DNA of 62,223 bases. Source: Candidatus Roizmanbacteria bacterium RIFCSPLOWO2_01_FULL_40_14 (GTDB taxonomy: Bacteria > Patescibacteriota > Microgenomatia > GCA-001788215 > 2-01-FULL-40-14). Under the pieces are notes generated by a model, which ran no database searches, had not been told where the DNA came from, and saw nothing but the letters and a program-made list of their open reading frames with translations. A program made the position numbers and the translations under genes. Position 1 is the stretch's first letter; each line of letters starts with the position of its first letter. Positions 35,730 to 43,921 of this stretch are shown here, in pieces. Location of the stretch: assembly GCA_001788215.1 (NCBI GenBank), contig MGAO01000037.1, positions 30,273 through 92,495 of the forward strand. The letters run 5' to 3'.

Positions 35730-36824
35730 ATGAATATTTTAATATTAAATTGGCGCGATATTCATAATCCGCTGGCGGGCGGCGCAGAGATAGCAACTCA
35801 CGAACATGCAAAGGGGTGGATATCGGCAGGCCATCATATTGTTCAACTTTCTTCTCAGTTCCCCGGCGGAAAAAATTCAGAAACTATCGATGGTGTAAAA
35901 ATAAGACGAATGGGTAATCACTATTCATTTCATATTCGGGCGATTATTACCTATCTTCAAAACTATACAAGTGCATTTGATCTGATCATTGATGAATTTC
36001 ATTTCTTGCCCTATTTCACACCTCTCTATGCGAAGACGAAAATACTTGGCTACATCCACGAAGTGGCAAAGGAGCTTTGGTTTTCAAATCTGTTTTTTCC
36101 TGCCAATCGAATAGGGTATCTACTAGAACCGCATATCATTCGTCTCTATAAACATATTCCCTTCATGGTTGTATCAAAATCAACCAAAGATGACTTAATC
36201 AATATTGGCATTCCGCAGAAACATATTCATATTATTCCCAACGGTGTTTCTATAGTATCTTCTCAGAAAGAAAAACGTTCGATCCCTCATTTTTTATTTT
36301 TAGGAAGATTAGCACCGGATAAAGGGATAGAAGATGCAATATATGTCTATGCTCTTATTCAGAAAGAATTTCCAGACAGTAAACTCAATATAGCCGGTTC
36401 AGCTGAAAATACTGAATATTCTGATTATTTACATTCATTGGTAAGCCGATTACAATTGAGTTCTTCGGTTCTGTTTCATGGAGAAGTGACAGAACAAAAG
36501 AAATTTGATTTATTGCGTGAGTCATGGGTTCTGATACATCCTTCAATTCGTGAGGGATGGGGATTGACTGCAATAGAAGCGGCAAGTCAGGGGACGCCAA
36601 CCGTTGGATATGATATTTCGGGCTTAAGAGATTCGGTCCGCCACAACAAAACAGGCATATTGGTTCCTGATCGAAACCCAGAGCATCTTGCACAAGCAAC
36701 AATAGATTTGATTTTAGATACTAAAAGATACTCGCAGATGGAGAAACGTGCGTGTATTTGGAGTAAAGAATTTTCTTGGAAAAAATCAGTAGCTCAAAGT
36801 TTACATCTGATTGAACAACTATAG
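35730..36824 (+). CDS. GT4 family glycosyltransferase
   Basis: MNILILNWRDIHNPLAGGAE...FLFLGRLAPDKG...HPSIREGWGLTAIEAASQGTPTVGYDISGLRDSVRHNKTGILV. Confidence 0.85.
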   Translation: MNILILNWRDIHNPLAGGAEIATHEHAKGWISAGHHIVQLSSQFPGGKNSETIDGVKIRRMGNHYSFHIRAIITYLQNYTSAFDLIIDEFHFLPYFTPLYAKTKILGYIHEVAKELWFSNLFFPANRIGYLLEPHIIRLYKHIPFMVVSKSTKDDLINIGIPQKHIHIIPNGVSIVSSQKEKRSIPHFLFLGRLAPDKGIEDAIYVYALIQKEFPDSKLNIAGSAENTEYSDYLHSLVSRLQLSSSVLFHGEVTEQKKFDLLRESWVLIHPSIREGWGLTAIEAASQGTPTVGYDISGLRDSVRHNKTGILVPDRNPEHLAQATIDLILDTKRYSQMEKRACIWSKEFSWKKSVAQSLHLIEQL

Positions 36825-36825
36825 C

Positions 36826-37602
36826 ATGGAATTTCTTCTACATATATTTTCCTATCCACATCATCTCTATTCATTCTTTCAACGAAAAGTGCTGTTTGAT
36901 ATACGACCTAACGAGCTTGTTCTCGATGTGGGATCAGGGGATAAGCCGTTCTGGAGGGCGGACGTTATTGCTGACAAAGATATTGTTGATGATGGGCAAC
37001 GAGCAACGGGTAGCATGTTGTTTGATAACAGAAAATATTTTATCGAAGCAGATGTTGAAAAACTGTCGTTTAAAGACAATGCATTTGACTTTGTGTTCTG
37101 TGCACACCTTCTCGAGCATGTACCGCATCCAGATCGTGCAATTAAAGAACTAACGCGCGTGGCTAAACGCGGATATATAGAAGTACCCGGGGCAATCGGA
37201 GATTTATTGTCGCCATTTCCGGTCCATTTATGGTTTTGTGATTATCGCGACGGCGTATTGATATTTCAACAAAAGAGCAAAACATTGTCTTTCCATCAGG
37301 AGGTTATTAAAAATTTCGGAAGTAGAGTTATTAAATCCCCGGCGTTTGATTATGTAATTGCAAAATATGCAAATTATTACATACAGGTTTTCTGGAAAAA
37401 ATCACTTAAATACAAAATAATACATGTGTCGGACCCGTATAGCTACTGGTATTCGCCAAATACTCGCCATGCAAAAACCACTTCTGAAAACATTATGTTT
37501 AGACTATATCGTATATATTATCTCGTGATGACAACTCTTTTTTATAGAAAGAAAGACATTGTTATTGATTCTCTTCTCAAACATGACAGAAAAAAGAATT
37601 AA
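36826..37602 (+). CDS. Class I SAM-dependent methyltransferase (Methyltransf_11-like)
   Basis: VLDVGSGDKP...ADVEKLSFKDNAFDFVFCAHLLEHVPHPDRAIKELTRVAKRGYIEVP. ATG 36826 lies 1 nt after the upstream stop. An alternative TTG start is at 36811. Confidence 0.75.
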   Translation: MEFLLHIFSYPHHLYSFFQRKVLFDIRPNELVLDVGSGDKPFWRADVIADKDIVDDGQRATGSMLFDNRKYFIEADVEKLSFKDNAFDFVFCAHLLEHVPHPDRAIKELTRVAKRGYIEVPGAIGDLLSPFPVHLWFCDYRDGVLIFQQKSKTLSFHQEVIKNFGSRVIKSPAFDYVIAKYANYYIQVFWKKSLKYKIIHVSDPYSYWYSPNTRHAKTTSENIMFRLYRIYYLVMTTLFYRKKDIVIDSLLKHDRKKN

Positions 37603-39751
37603 AGAAAAGCCCGGTGTAAAAGCTATTGCTACGAGGCTTTTGCCATTTATAGTCCCAGTACTATTTTTTATTGTCTCACTGTCGACATTAAGTGATTATG
37701 GAATGAATTCGGACTCACCCGTGCATTTTGCACGAGGACAAGCATTCTTGCGGTATTTCATGACCGGCAAAACCGACTTTGATGGATTACCTCCGTATTG
37801 TATAGGAGTCGACGACTATAATTCTCGTGTTGATTTTGAAACAAAAGAAGTTTGCGACCGCACCCGGAAGAACCGCACCAGTGAATTTGAACATATTGGT
37901 CTAGATTATAATTTTTTCAAAACTGACATTTACGGACATCCGCCTTTATCTGATATTTTCAGCGCGGCAACCAACAAAGTTTTTTTTGCAACCTTCGGTT
38001 TATTGGAGGATATTGATTCATATCATCTATATATTCTCTTGTCGACTTTGCTATTAGCGATCGTTATTTCTGTTTGGGTCAATGAAACATATGGGTTCTT
38101 TGCTTCGGTAGTCAGTGTTTTCGCGCTCTATTTATTTCCTCTCTTACTAGCTGAACAGCATTTCAATATTAAAGATCCCCCGATGGCAGCTTTTCTGACA
38201 ATCTCTCTCTATTTTTTCTGGAAATCATTTCACGAGGAGAAACCTCGGTATTTACTCTGGTCGGCACTAGCAGGAGGGATATCATTTGCAACGAAATTTA
38301 ATTATGTGTTTGTCCCCGTCATACTTCTTCCCTGGCTTTTTGCCCTTTTTTACCCCAGAATACGCCGCCCGAATATTGTTTCAGAAATCTACTCAAAAAA
38401 GAACTTGGTTTTTATGATGATGCTGGTTCTTTTTCCGATCATTTTGTTTACTGTTTTTTACCTAAGTTGGCCGGTACTCTGGTCTGATCCTGTTCACCAT
38501 GTTCTTACGGTGTTCAAATTTTACAAAGACATCGGGACAAATGCGGTGTGTGGTTACCCAATTTTATCTCCCGGATGGTTTCTAAAATGCTCAAATCCTG
38601 TACCACTGCAATATTTTGTATTGACGCTGCCCTTGGTTACGCTCGCATTTTTCTCCATTGGTATTCTGACGTCTCTTATCCGTTTCCGGAAAGATAGTTA
38701 CGTTGCTGTCTTATGGATGTCGTTTTTATTTTTTACATTACTGCGGGTAACTATACCGGGAAGTTCTATTTACGGAGGCATTCGCCAGATCATTGAATTT
38801 ATAGCGCCGACGGCAATGATTGCAGGAATTGGAGGTCTAACTCTTAGGAACATATTGGTGGTAGTACTATACAAGGGTGAACTGGCAGAACAAATAAGCA
38901 GAAAAACTGCCACTATAATCATATCGTTGATAGTATTATTGGCTTTTGTACCAATACTCGTTAAAATGTACCGTATTCATCCGAACGAAAATGTATATTT
39001 TAACCCTTTGATCGGCGGATTGAAGGGCGCTGCAGAGAAGAAAATACCATTTTATATTAGTACCTATGCCAATCCCTACCTTCAGGGAGTCAAATGGCTG
39101 AATACAAATGCTCAACCTAATAGTCGTCTTACGTTAGTAAACGGCGTAGGACAAAATATTTCCCGCGGACAATTGCGGGAAGATATACTCTATGCAGCGA
39201 ATGCACACAGAAGCGGCTACAATCAGGACGGAGAATATCATATACTGCTAGTCCAACCAGGTGATCCGACGTACAATATGTTCCGATACCTATTTGTTGA
39301 AAAGTTTTTGGATCCGCTGTACGTCGTTAATGTTGAAGGAGTACCGATTCTCAAGATATGGAAGAACGATCCGGCTCATGTTAAAAAAGGAATTAATATA
39401 TCTGAGGAGCAGAGAGAAAAATTTAAAATTTCGAGCACCGATCCGTTGGTGCTGGAACTTTCGACGGCAAAACAGTTGAAGAGGATTGAAGTTATATTTT
39501 CATCAGAAGATTGCAAAGATGCTCTTCTGGTAGCTCCTATTTTTACATCAGAAGACGGAAAAATATTTCAACCGGTGAGTGAACATTTTAATGATCCTGC
39601 ATTTGAGGAAGTTAAAAATTACAAAGCAGACGGCGTGGCATTGCTTACAGGAGAACGTGCCCGTTTTATTGCTATTACGCCTCTATCGGGTACTGTGTGT
39701 AACTTATCAGATGTAGATTTTACGGTAGTAAGCTTCGTAAAATTGATGTAA
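37583..39751 (+). CDS. PMT_2/ArnT-like GT-C membrane glycosyltransferase with a C-terminal beta-sandwich (carbohydrate-binding-like) domain
   Basis: NSDSPVHFARGQAFLRYF...IYGHPPLSDIF (HPPL motif) and about 12 TM segments. The C-terminal ~130 aa (LKRIEVIFSS...ARFIAITP...) look like a discoidin/galactose-binding-like module; that part is low confidence. Confidence 0.6.
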   Translation: MTEKRIKEKPGVKAIATRLLPFIVPVLFFIVSLSTLSDYGMNSDSPVHFARGQAFLRYFMTGKTDFDGLPPYCIGVDDYNSRVDFETKEVCDRTRKNRTSEFEHIGLDYNFFKTDIYGHPPLSDIFSAATNKVFFATFGLLEDIDSYHLYILLSTLLLAIVISVWVNETYGFFASVVSVFALYLFPLLLAEQHFNIKDPPMAAFLTISLYFFWKSFHEEKPRYLLWSALAGGISFATKFNYVFVPVILLPWLFALFYPRIRRPNIVSEIYSKKNLVFMMMLVLFPIILFTVFYLSWPVLWSDPVHHVLTVFKFYKDIGTNAVCGYPILSPGWFLKCSNPVPLQYFVLTLPLVTLAFFSIGILTSLIRFRKDSYVAVLWMSFLFFTLLRVTIPGSSIYGGIRQIIEFIAPTAMIAGIGGLTLRNILVVVLYKGELAEQISRKTATIIISLIVLLAFVPILVKMYRIHPNENVYFNPLIGGLKGAAEKKIPFYISTYANPYLQGVKWLNTNAQPNSRLTLVNGVGQNISRGQLREDILYAANAHRSGYNQDGEYHILLVQPGDPTYNMFRYLFVEKFLDPLYVVNVEGVPILKIWKNDPAHVKKGINISEEQREKFKISSTDPLVLELSTAKQLKRIEVIFSSEDCKDALLVAPIFTSEDGKIFQPVSEHFNDPAFEEVKNYKADGVALLTGERARFIAITPLSGTVCNLSDVDFTVVSFVKLM

Positions 39752-39755
39752 CACC

Positions 39756-40589
39756 ATGAAAAAAGGCGTATTTTGCTTGTCGTTAGATACAGAGTTATTA
39801 TGGGGAAGGCATGATGGTAATTGGCGTCTATTCGAAAAGAATGCGCTTCGCGTCCGTCCGGTAATAAAAAAACTATTACAACTATTTAAGAAATATAAAA
39901 TTCCGGCGACATGGGCGATAGTTGGACATTTATTCTTGCGGAACGATACTCTTCCCGGATGGTATGCGTCTGACGTTGTTAAGGCAATCAAACAAGTGGA
40001 TGGCCAAGAGATTGGAAGCCACTCATTTTTTCATACAAGATTTGGCAGTACTCCCTGTACAAAAGAACGCGCTGAAATTGAAATTCGAGAATGTGTGCGC
40101 CTTGCCAAAAAAGAAAACATCAAGCTAGAATCATTTGTTTTTCCTTACAATTCTGTTAGGCATCTGGATATTTTGAAAAAATATGGTTTTATTTGTTTCC
40201 GTGGAGATGATCAGTACAGCACCCGTTCTCCGTTAAAAAAAATACAATTGCTGGTCGATTTATTTATGCCGACTGGTTCACCAGTTTATGTACCAAAACA
40301 GACAAACGGTCTTATTGAGATACCGGGATCATTTTATTTTCTTTCTGCCCGCGGATTTCGACGATATATTCCTAAGAATGTTCGATTCCGCAAAGCAAAA
40401 CGGGGAATCGATCGTGCAGTGGCCGAGAAAAAAATTTTTCATATGTGGACTCATCCTATTGATTTAACTATACAGTCAGAAGATTTACTAGATGATATTG
40501 AACAGATACTTGCGTATGCTTGTGAGCTTCGTAAAGAAGGGGTATTATCGATTCATAATATGCGCCAGATTGCTAAGCAATACTCATGA
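39756..40589 (+). CDS. Polysaccharide deacetylase (CE4/NodB-like)
   Basis: The N-terminal FCLSLDTELLWG and the H-S-x-x-H motif (IGSHSFFH) are characteristic of CE4 family members found in glycan loci. Confidence 0.65.
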   Translation: MKKGVFCLSLDTELLWGRHDGNWRLFEKNALRVRPVIKKLLQLFKKYKIPATWAIVGHLFLRNDTLPGWYASDVVKAIKQVDGQEIGSHSFFHTRFGSTPCTKERAEIEIRECVRLAKKENIKLESFVFPYNSVRHLDILKKYGFICFRGDDQYSTRSPLKKIQLLVDLFMPTGSPVYVPKQTNGLIEIPGSFYFLSARGFRRYIPKNVRFRKAKRGIDRAVAEKKIFHMWTHPIDLTIQSEDLLDDIEQILAYACELRKEGVLSIHNMRQIAKQYS

Positions 40590-41335
40590 AAAAATCTCAT
40601 CACCATCACAAGAAGCATTATGATCAACAATTAAGGTATTTTGAGCAAGAGTTTTCTCATCTGTCCCGTTACCATCTTTCTCCTTGGCAAAAAAGCTATG
40701 TAGAACGGGCTCGTAAATTCATGCTTCATAAAGACTTTAAGAATAAAAAATTTCTCGATATTGCAACGGGGTCCGGATACATGGCTATTGAAATGGCAAA
40801 AAAAGGTCTCAACGTTGTTGCGTGTGATCTATCTCCTACATCAATTAACAATCTCAAAAAAATAAAGAAGAAAGTGAAGTTAGAAAACTTGAAACTAGTA
40901 CTCTGTTATGCAGAAGATATTCCACTTCCATCAAATAGCGTCGATTATATTTCAGCCAATGCTATTCTCGAGCATATACCGGACGAGAATAAAGCCATAA
41001 TAGAATGGATGCGAATACTGAAAAAAGGAGGAAGGTTGTATATAACAGTACCGCTTAAATTTAAATATATTTGGCCATTCTTTTGGCCAGTCAATTATAT
41101 TCATGATCGACGGATTGGTCATCTCAGACGATATGATCTGAATGACTTACAGGATAAATTCAACCTTACCGTAAAAAAGGTTTTCTACACGGGACATCTC
41201 ATAAAAGTTTTCGGTGTATTAACAGGAATGATATTTCGATCTGCAAATTTTGAAGAGCTATTAGAAAAAATTGATAAAAAGTATGAAAATAATGCCTATG
41301 GAGCAAGTAATATATCGGTTGTTTTTGAAAAATAA
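40586..41335 (+). CDS. Class I SAM-dependent methyltransferase
   Basis: FLDIATGSGYMAIEMAKKGLNVVACDLS...VDYISANAILEHIPDENKAIIEWMRILKKGGRLYITVP. ATGA overlap with the upstream gene. Confidence 0.8.
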   Translation: MKKSHHHHKKHYDQQLRYFEQEFSHLSRYHLSPWQKSYVERARKFMLHKDFKNKKFLDIATGSGYMAIEMAKKGLNVVACDLSPTSINNLKKIKKKVKLENLKLVLCYAEDIPLPSNSVDYISANAILEHIPDENKAIIEWMRILKKGGRLYITVPLKFKYIWPFFWPVNYIHDRRIGHLRRYDLNDLQDKFNLTVKKVFYTGHLIKVFGVLTGMIFRSANFEELLEKIDKKYENNAYGASNISVVFEK

Positions 41336-41337
41336 TC

Positions 41338-42117
41338 ATGACGGGACGTATTAAATCAGGATGGGTCTGGTATACAAAACGGCTTGGACGTACGATTCTT
41401 CATCCTCAATACATTACGAATTCCTATCAGTACGAAGCTATTATTGAAGCAAAAAGACGATCGAGAAAAACGATGCGGCTCGTAGATATTGGGTGCGGCC
41501 GCATGCCCTACCGAGGTGAAATTGAACCCCTCATCGCGGAATATATCGGTGTCGATCATCCCGATATTTCAAAATTATACAAAAGTGAACATCCTCCTGA
41601 AGTACTTGCAGATGCACATAACTTACCCTTTAAGAATAATTCTTTTGATATAACATTGATGCTTCAGATGATTGAGTATCTTTCTGATCCACAAAAAGCA
41701 ATTCGGGAGGCCTTTCGTGTGTTGAAAAAGAGAGGAACAGTGATAGCAACAGTTCCCTTTCTGTATGCAATTCATGATATTCCGTATGACCGGGGAAGGT
41801 ATACAAAATCTATGCTTTCTGATTGGTTTACGTCGGCAGGATTCTTTCGTGTTTCACTCGTATCTCAAGGAATATTTATTGAATCATGGTTCCAGATGCT
41901 AAACGTATGGTTGTTTAAAATGATAGAACGGTTTGTCTTACAATCAAAAAAAGATGTCATTATCCCGAAATTAATTCTCATATTTCTAATTCTTATAACA
42001 CCGCCGATCATCATTGTTACAAACAGTGTAGTTTTTTTATACCGCCAGCTTGTGCCGGTACAAAAACGCACGTCTGACTATTTCCCTCTCAATTATTTAG
42101 TTATCGCCATTAAATAA
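41338..42117 (+). CDS. Class I SAM-dependent methyltransferase with C-terminal TM segments
   Basis: LVDIGCGRMPY...YIGVD...ADAHNLPFKNNSFDITLMLQMIEYLSDPQKAIREAFRVLKKRGTVIATVPF, then a hydrophobic tail LILIFLILITPPIIIVTNSVVFL. Confidence 0.75.
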   Translation: MTGRIKSGWVWYTKRLGRTILHPQYITNSYQYEAIIEAKRRSRKTMRLVDIGCGRMPYRGEIEPLIAEYIGVDHPDISKLYKSEHPPEVLADAHNLPFKNNSFDITLMLQMIEYLSDPQKAIREAFRVLKKRGTVIATVPFLYAIHDIPYDRGRYTKSMLSDWFTSAGFFRVSLVSQGIFIESWFQMLNVWLFKMIERFVLQSKKDVIIPKLILIFLILITPPIIIVTNSVVFLYRQLVPVQKRTSDYFPLNYLVIAIK

Positions 42118-43334
42118 TGAAACGGAAGACGCGAGTGCTTGTTTTGACGAGCTCATTTCCTCGTTCAAAAAATGACTGGTGGGCGCAGTTTATTTTTCAC
42201 ATATATGAACATATTTCGCAAGATTACGACATAACCTTACTCGGACCGGATGCATCCGGGTCTAAAAAGAATGAAAAATTTGGACCCATCGATGTTCACC
42301 GATTTTCTTATTGCTATCCACGGAGCTTACAGGTCTTAACCACCGGAACCGGTATACTGCACAGCAGTAAAACAAATCTATTTGCACGGCTTCAAATTCC
42401 TCTCTTCATTATTTCCGCAGCCATTCACTCGGCTGTATATACAATACAGTATAAACCTGACATTTTTCATGCACACTGGCTGATACCGCAAGGTCTCATC
42501 GGTGTTTTTATAAAAAAACTATTCAGTATTCCTCTCGTCGTTACTGTTCATGGAAGCGATATTTTTGGTTTGAAACCTCTGAAATTCTTAAAACAATTTG
42601 TTTTAAAAAACTGCGATATGTGCACCGTAAATAGTTCATATACCAGAAATGCCGTACTACAGATATATTTTGCTACTCCTATTTCTATTATTCCTATGGG
42701 AGTAGATACAAAACAGTTTAGTCCGAAAAGAAAAAGTGCAGTTACTAGAAAAGAATTAAGCAAAAAAGGCGGGCCCATTTTACTGTGTGTCGGAAGATTA
42801 ATTGGGGTTAAAGGTTTTGAATATGCAATCCGTTCCCTTCCTACAATTCTTACTCAATTTTCTGACACGATGTTGGTTATTGTGGGTGATGGACCAAAAC
42901 GGGGTGAGCTTGTTAATCTTTCAAAAGAACTTAATGTCTATAATCATATGAAATTTGTACAGAGTATCCCGCATGAAAAATTATCTGCAATCTATGCATC
43001 ATCCGATATCTGTCTTGTTCCATCAATCATTGATCCGGAAACTGGCGAGACCGAGTCGCAGGGGATCGTACCGGTAGAAACCATGGCATCGGGTATTCCG
43101 GTTATAGCCACAGATTGTGGTGGTCTATCCGATGCAGTTATTTCCGGTGAGACAGGTTTCATTGTTCCAAAAAAAGATTCGGATGCGATAGCCAAACATG
43201 CCATTGTGCTCCTTTCAGATAAAGTATTATTGAAAAAAATGGGAAAAAACGGCGTGAGAATAGCAAATATTAACTATTCTTGGGAAAAGATAACTTCACA
43301 ATTTGAAGCGCTGTATATGCGTATTGCCGGATAA
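42117..43334 (+). CDS. GT4 family glycosyltransferase
   Basis: RVLVLTSSFPRS.NDW...HAHWLIPQG...VTVHGSD...LLCVGRLIGVKG...VPSIIDPETGETESQGIVPVETMASGIPVIATDCGGLSDAVISGETGFIV. Confidence 0.85.
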   Translation: MKRKTRVLVLTSSFPRSKNDWWAQFIFHIYEHISQDYDITLLGPDASGSKKNEKFGPIDVHRFSYCYPRSLQVLTTGTGILHSSKTNLFARLQIPLFIISAAIHSAVYTIQYKPDIFHAHWLIPQGLIGVFIKKLFSIPLVVTVHGSDIFGLKPLKFLKQFVLKNCDMCTVNSSYTRNAVLQIYFATPISIIPMGVDTKQFSPKRKSAVTRKELSKKGGPILLCVGRLIGVKGFEYAIRSLPTILTQFSDTMLVIVGDGPKRGELVNLSKELNVYNHMKFVQSIPHEKLSAIYASSDICLVPSIIDPETGETESQGIVPVETMASGIPVIATDCGGLSDAVISGETGFIVPKKDSDAIAKHAIVLLSDKVLLKKMGKNGVRIANINYSWEKITSQFEALYMRIAG

Positions 43335-43343
43335 ATTGAGGAT

Positions 43344-43883
43344 TTATTTATCTGTACTCCAGCGGTCAGGGGTGATGGATTCATAGCGGTTTATTTCATT
43401 CAGATTTCTTTGCGAAAACTCTATAACGGTATCGATTGTCTTTTGATGTTCCTCATCAAGATGAGTCTTAGTTGATGCAAGTGTTTCCTGATGTTTCAAA
43501 GATGCAGTTTTTAATTTATCAAATAATTCTAGATCAGGTTTTTCACTCATGCCGTTGATCTGCGAATTGATAAGAGTCACATTGTGTTCAGCTTTCAATG
43601 CTGTTTGAGCCGCGAGATCGTCATTTCCATTTTCAGCCAGTAAAAGAGTAGCAAATATTCCTTTATCAGCTTGTTTGAGATAAAAATTGATCTTATTACC
43701 AGGTGTTGAAATCAGGAAAATCTGTATTTTATCCCGCAACACTTTCAATTTGTAAAGGGGATGGCCGGGCAACATTCCGGGATACGCAAGCTGGTATTCT
43801 ATTTCGTCTATTTCCTGAGCGTTAATCGGAGAATACGAAAGTAAGAGAGTAAAAAGTAAAAGGATAATCATTCGTCTCAGCAT
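43344..43883 (-). CDS. Small secreted helical protein (DUF5667-like; paralogue of 28324..28848)
   Basis: A signal peptide (IILLLFTLLLSYSPINA), then EYQLAYPGMLPGHPLYKLKVLRDKIQ...QADK.... Confidence 0.5.
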   Translation of the reverse strand: MLRRMIILLLFTLLLSYSPINAQEIDEIEYQLAYPGMLPGHPLYKLKVLRDKIQIFLISTPGNKINFYLKQADKGIFATLLLAENGNDDLAAQTALKAEHNVTLINSQINGMSEKPDLELFDKLKTASLKHQETLASTKTHLDEEHQKTIDTVIEFSQRNLNEINRYESITPDRWSTDK

Positions 43884-43921
43884 ACTAGTGATTAGTATAC
43901 GGTAAATATTTTTAAAATCAA

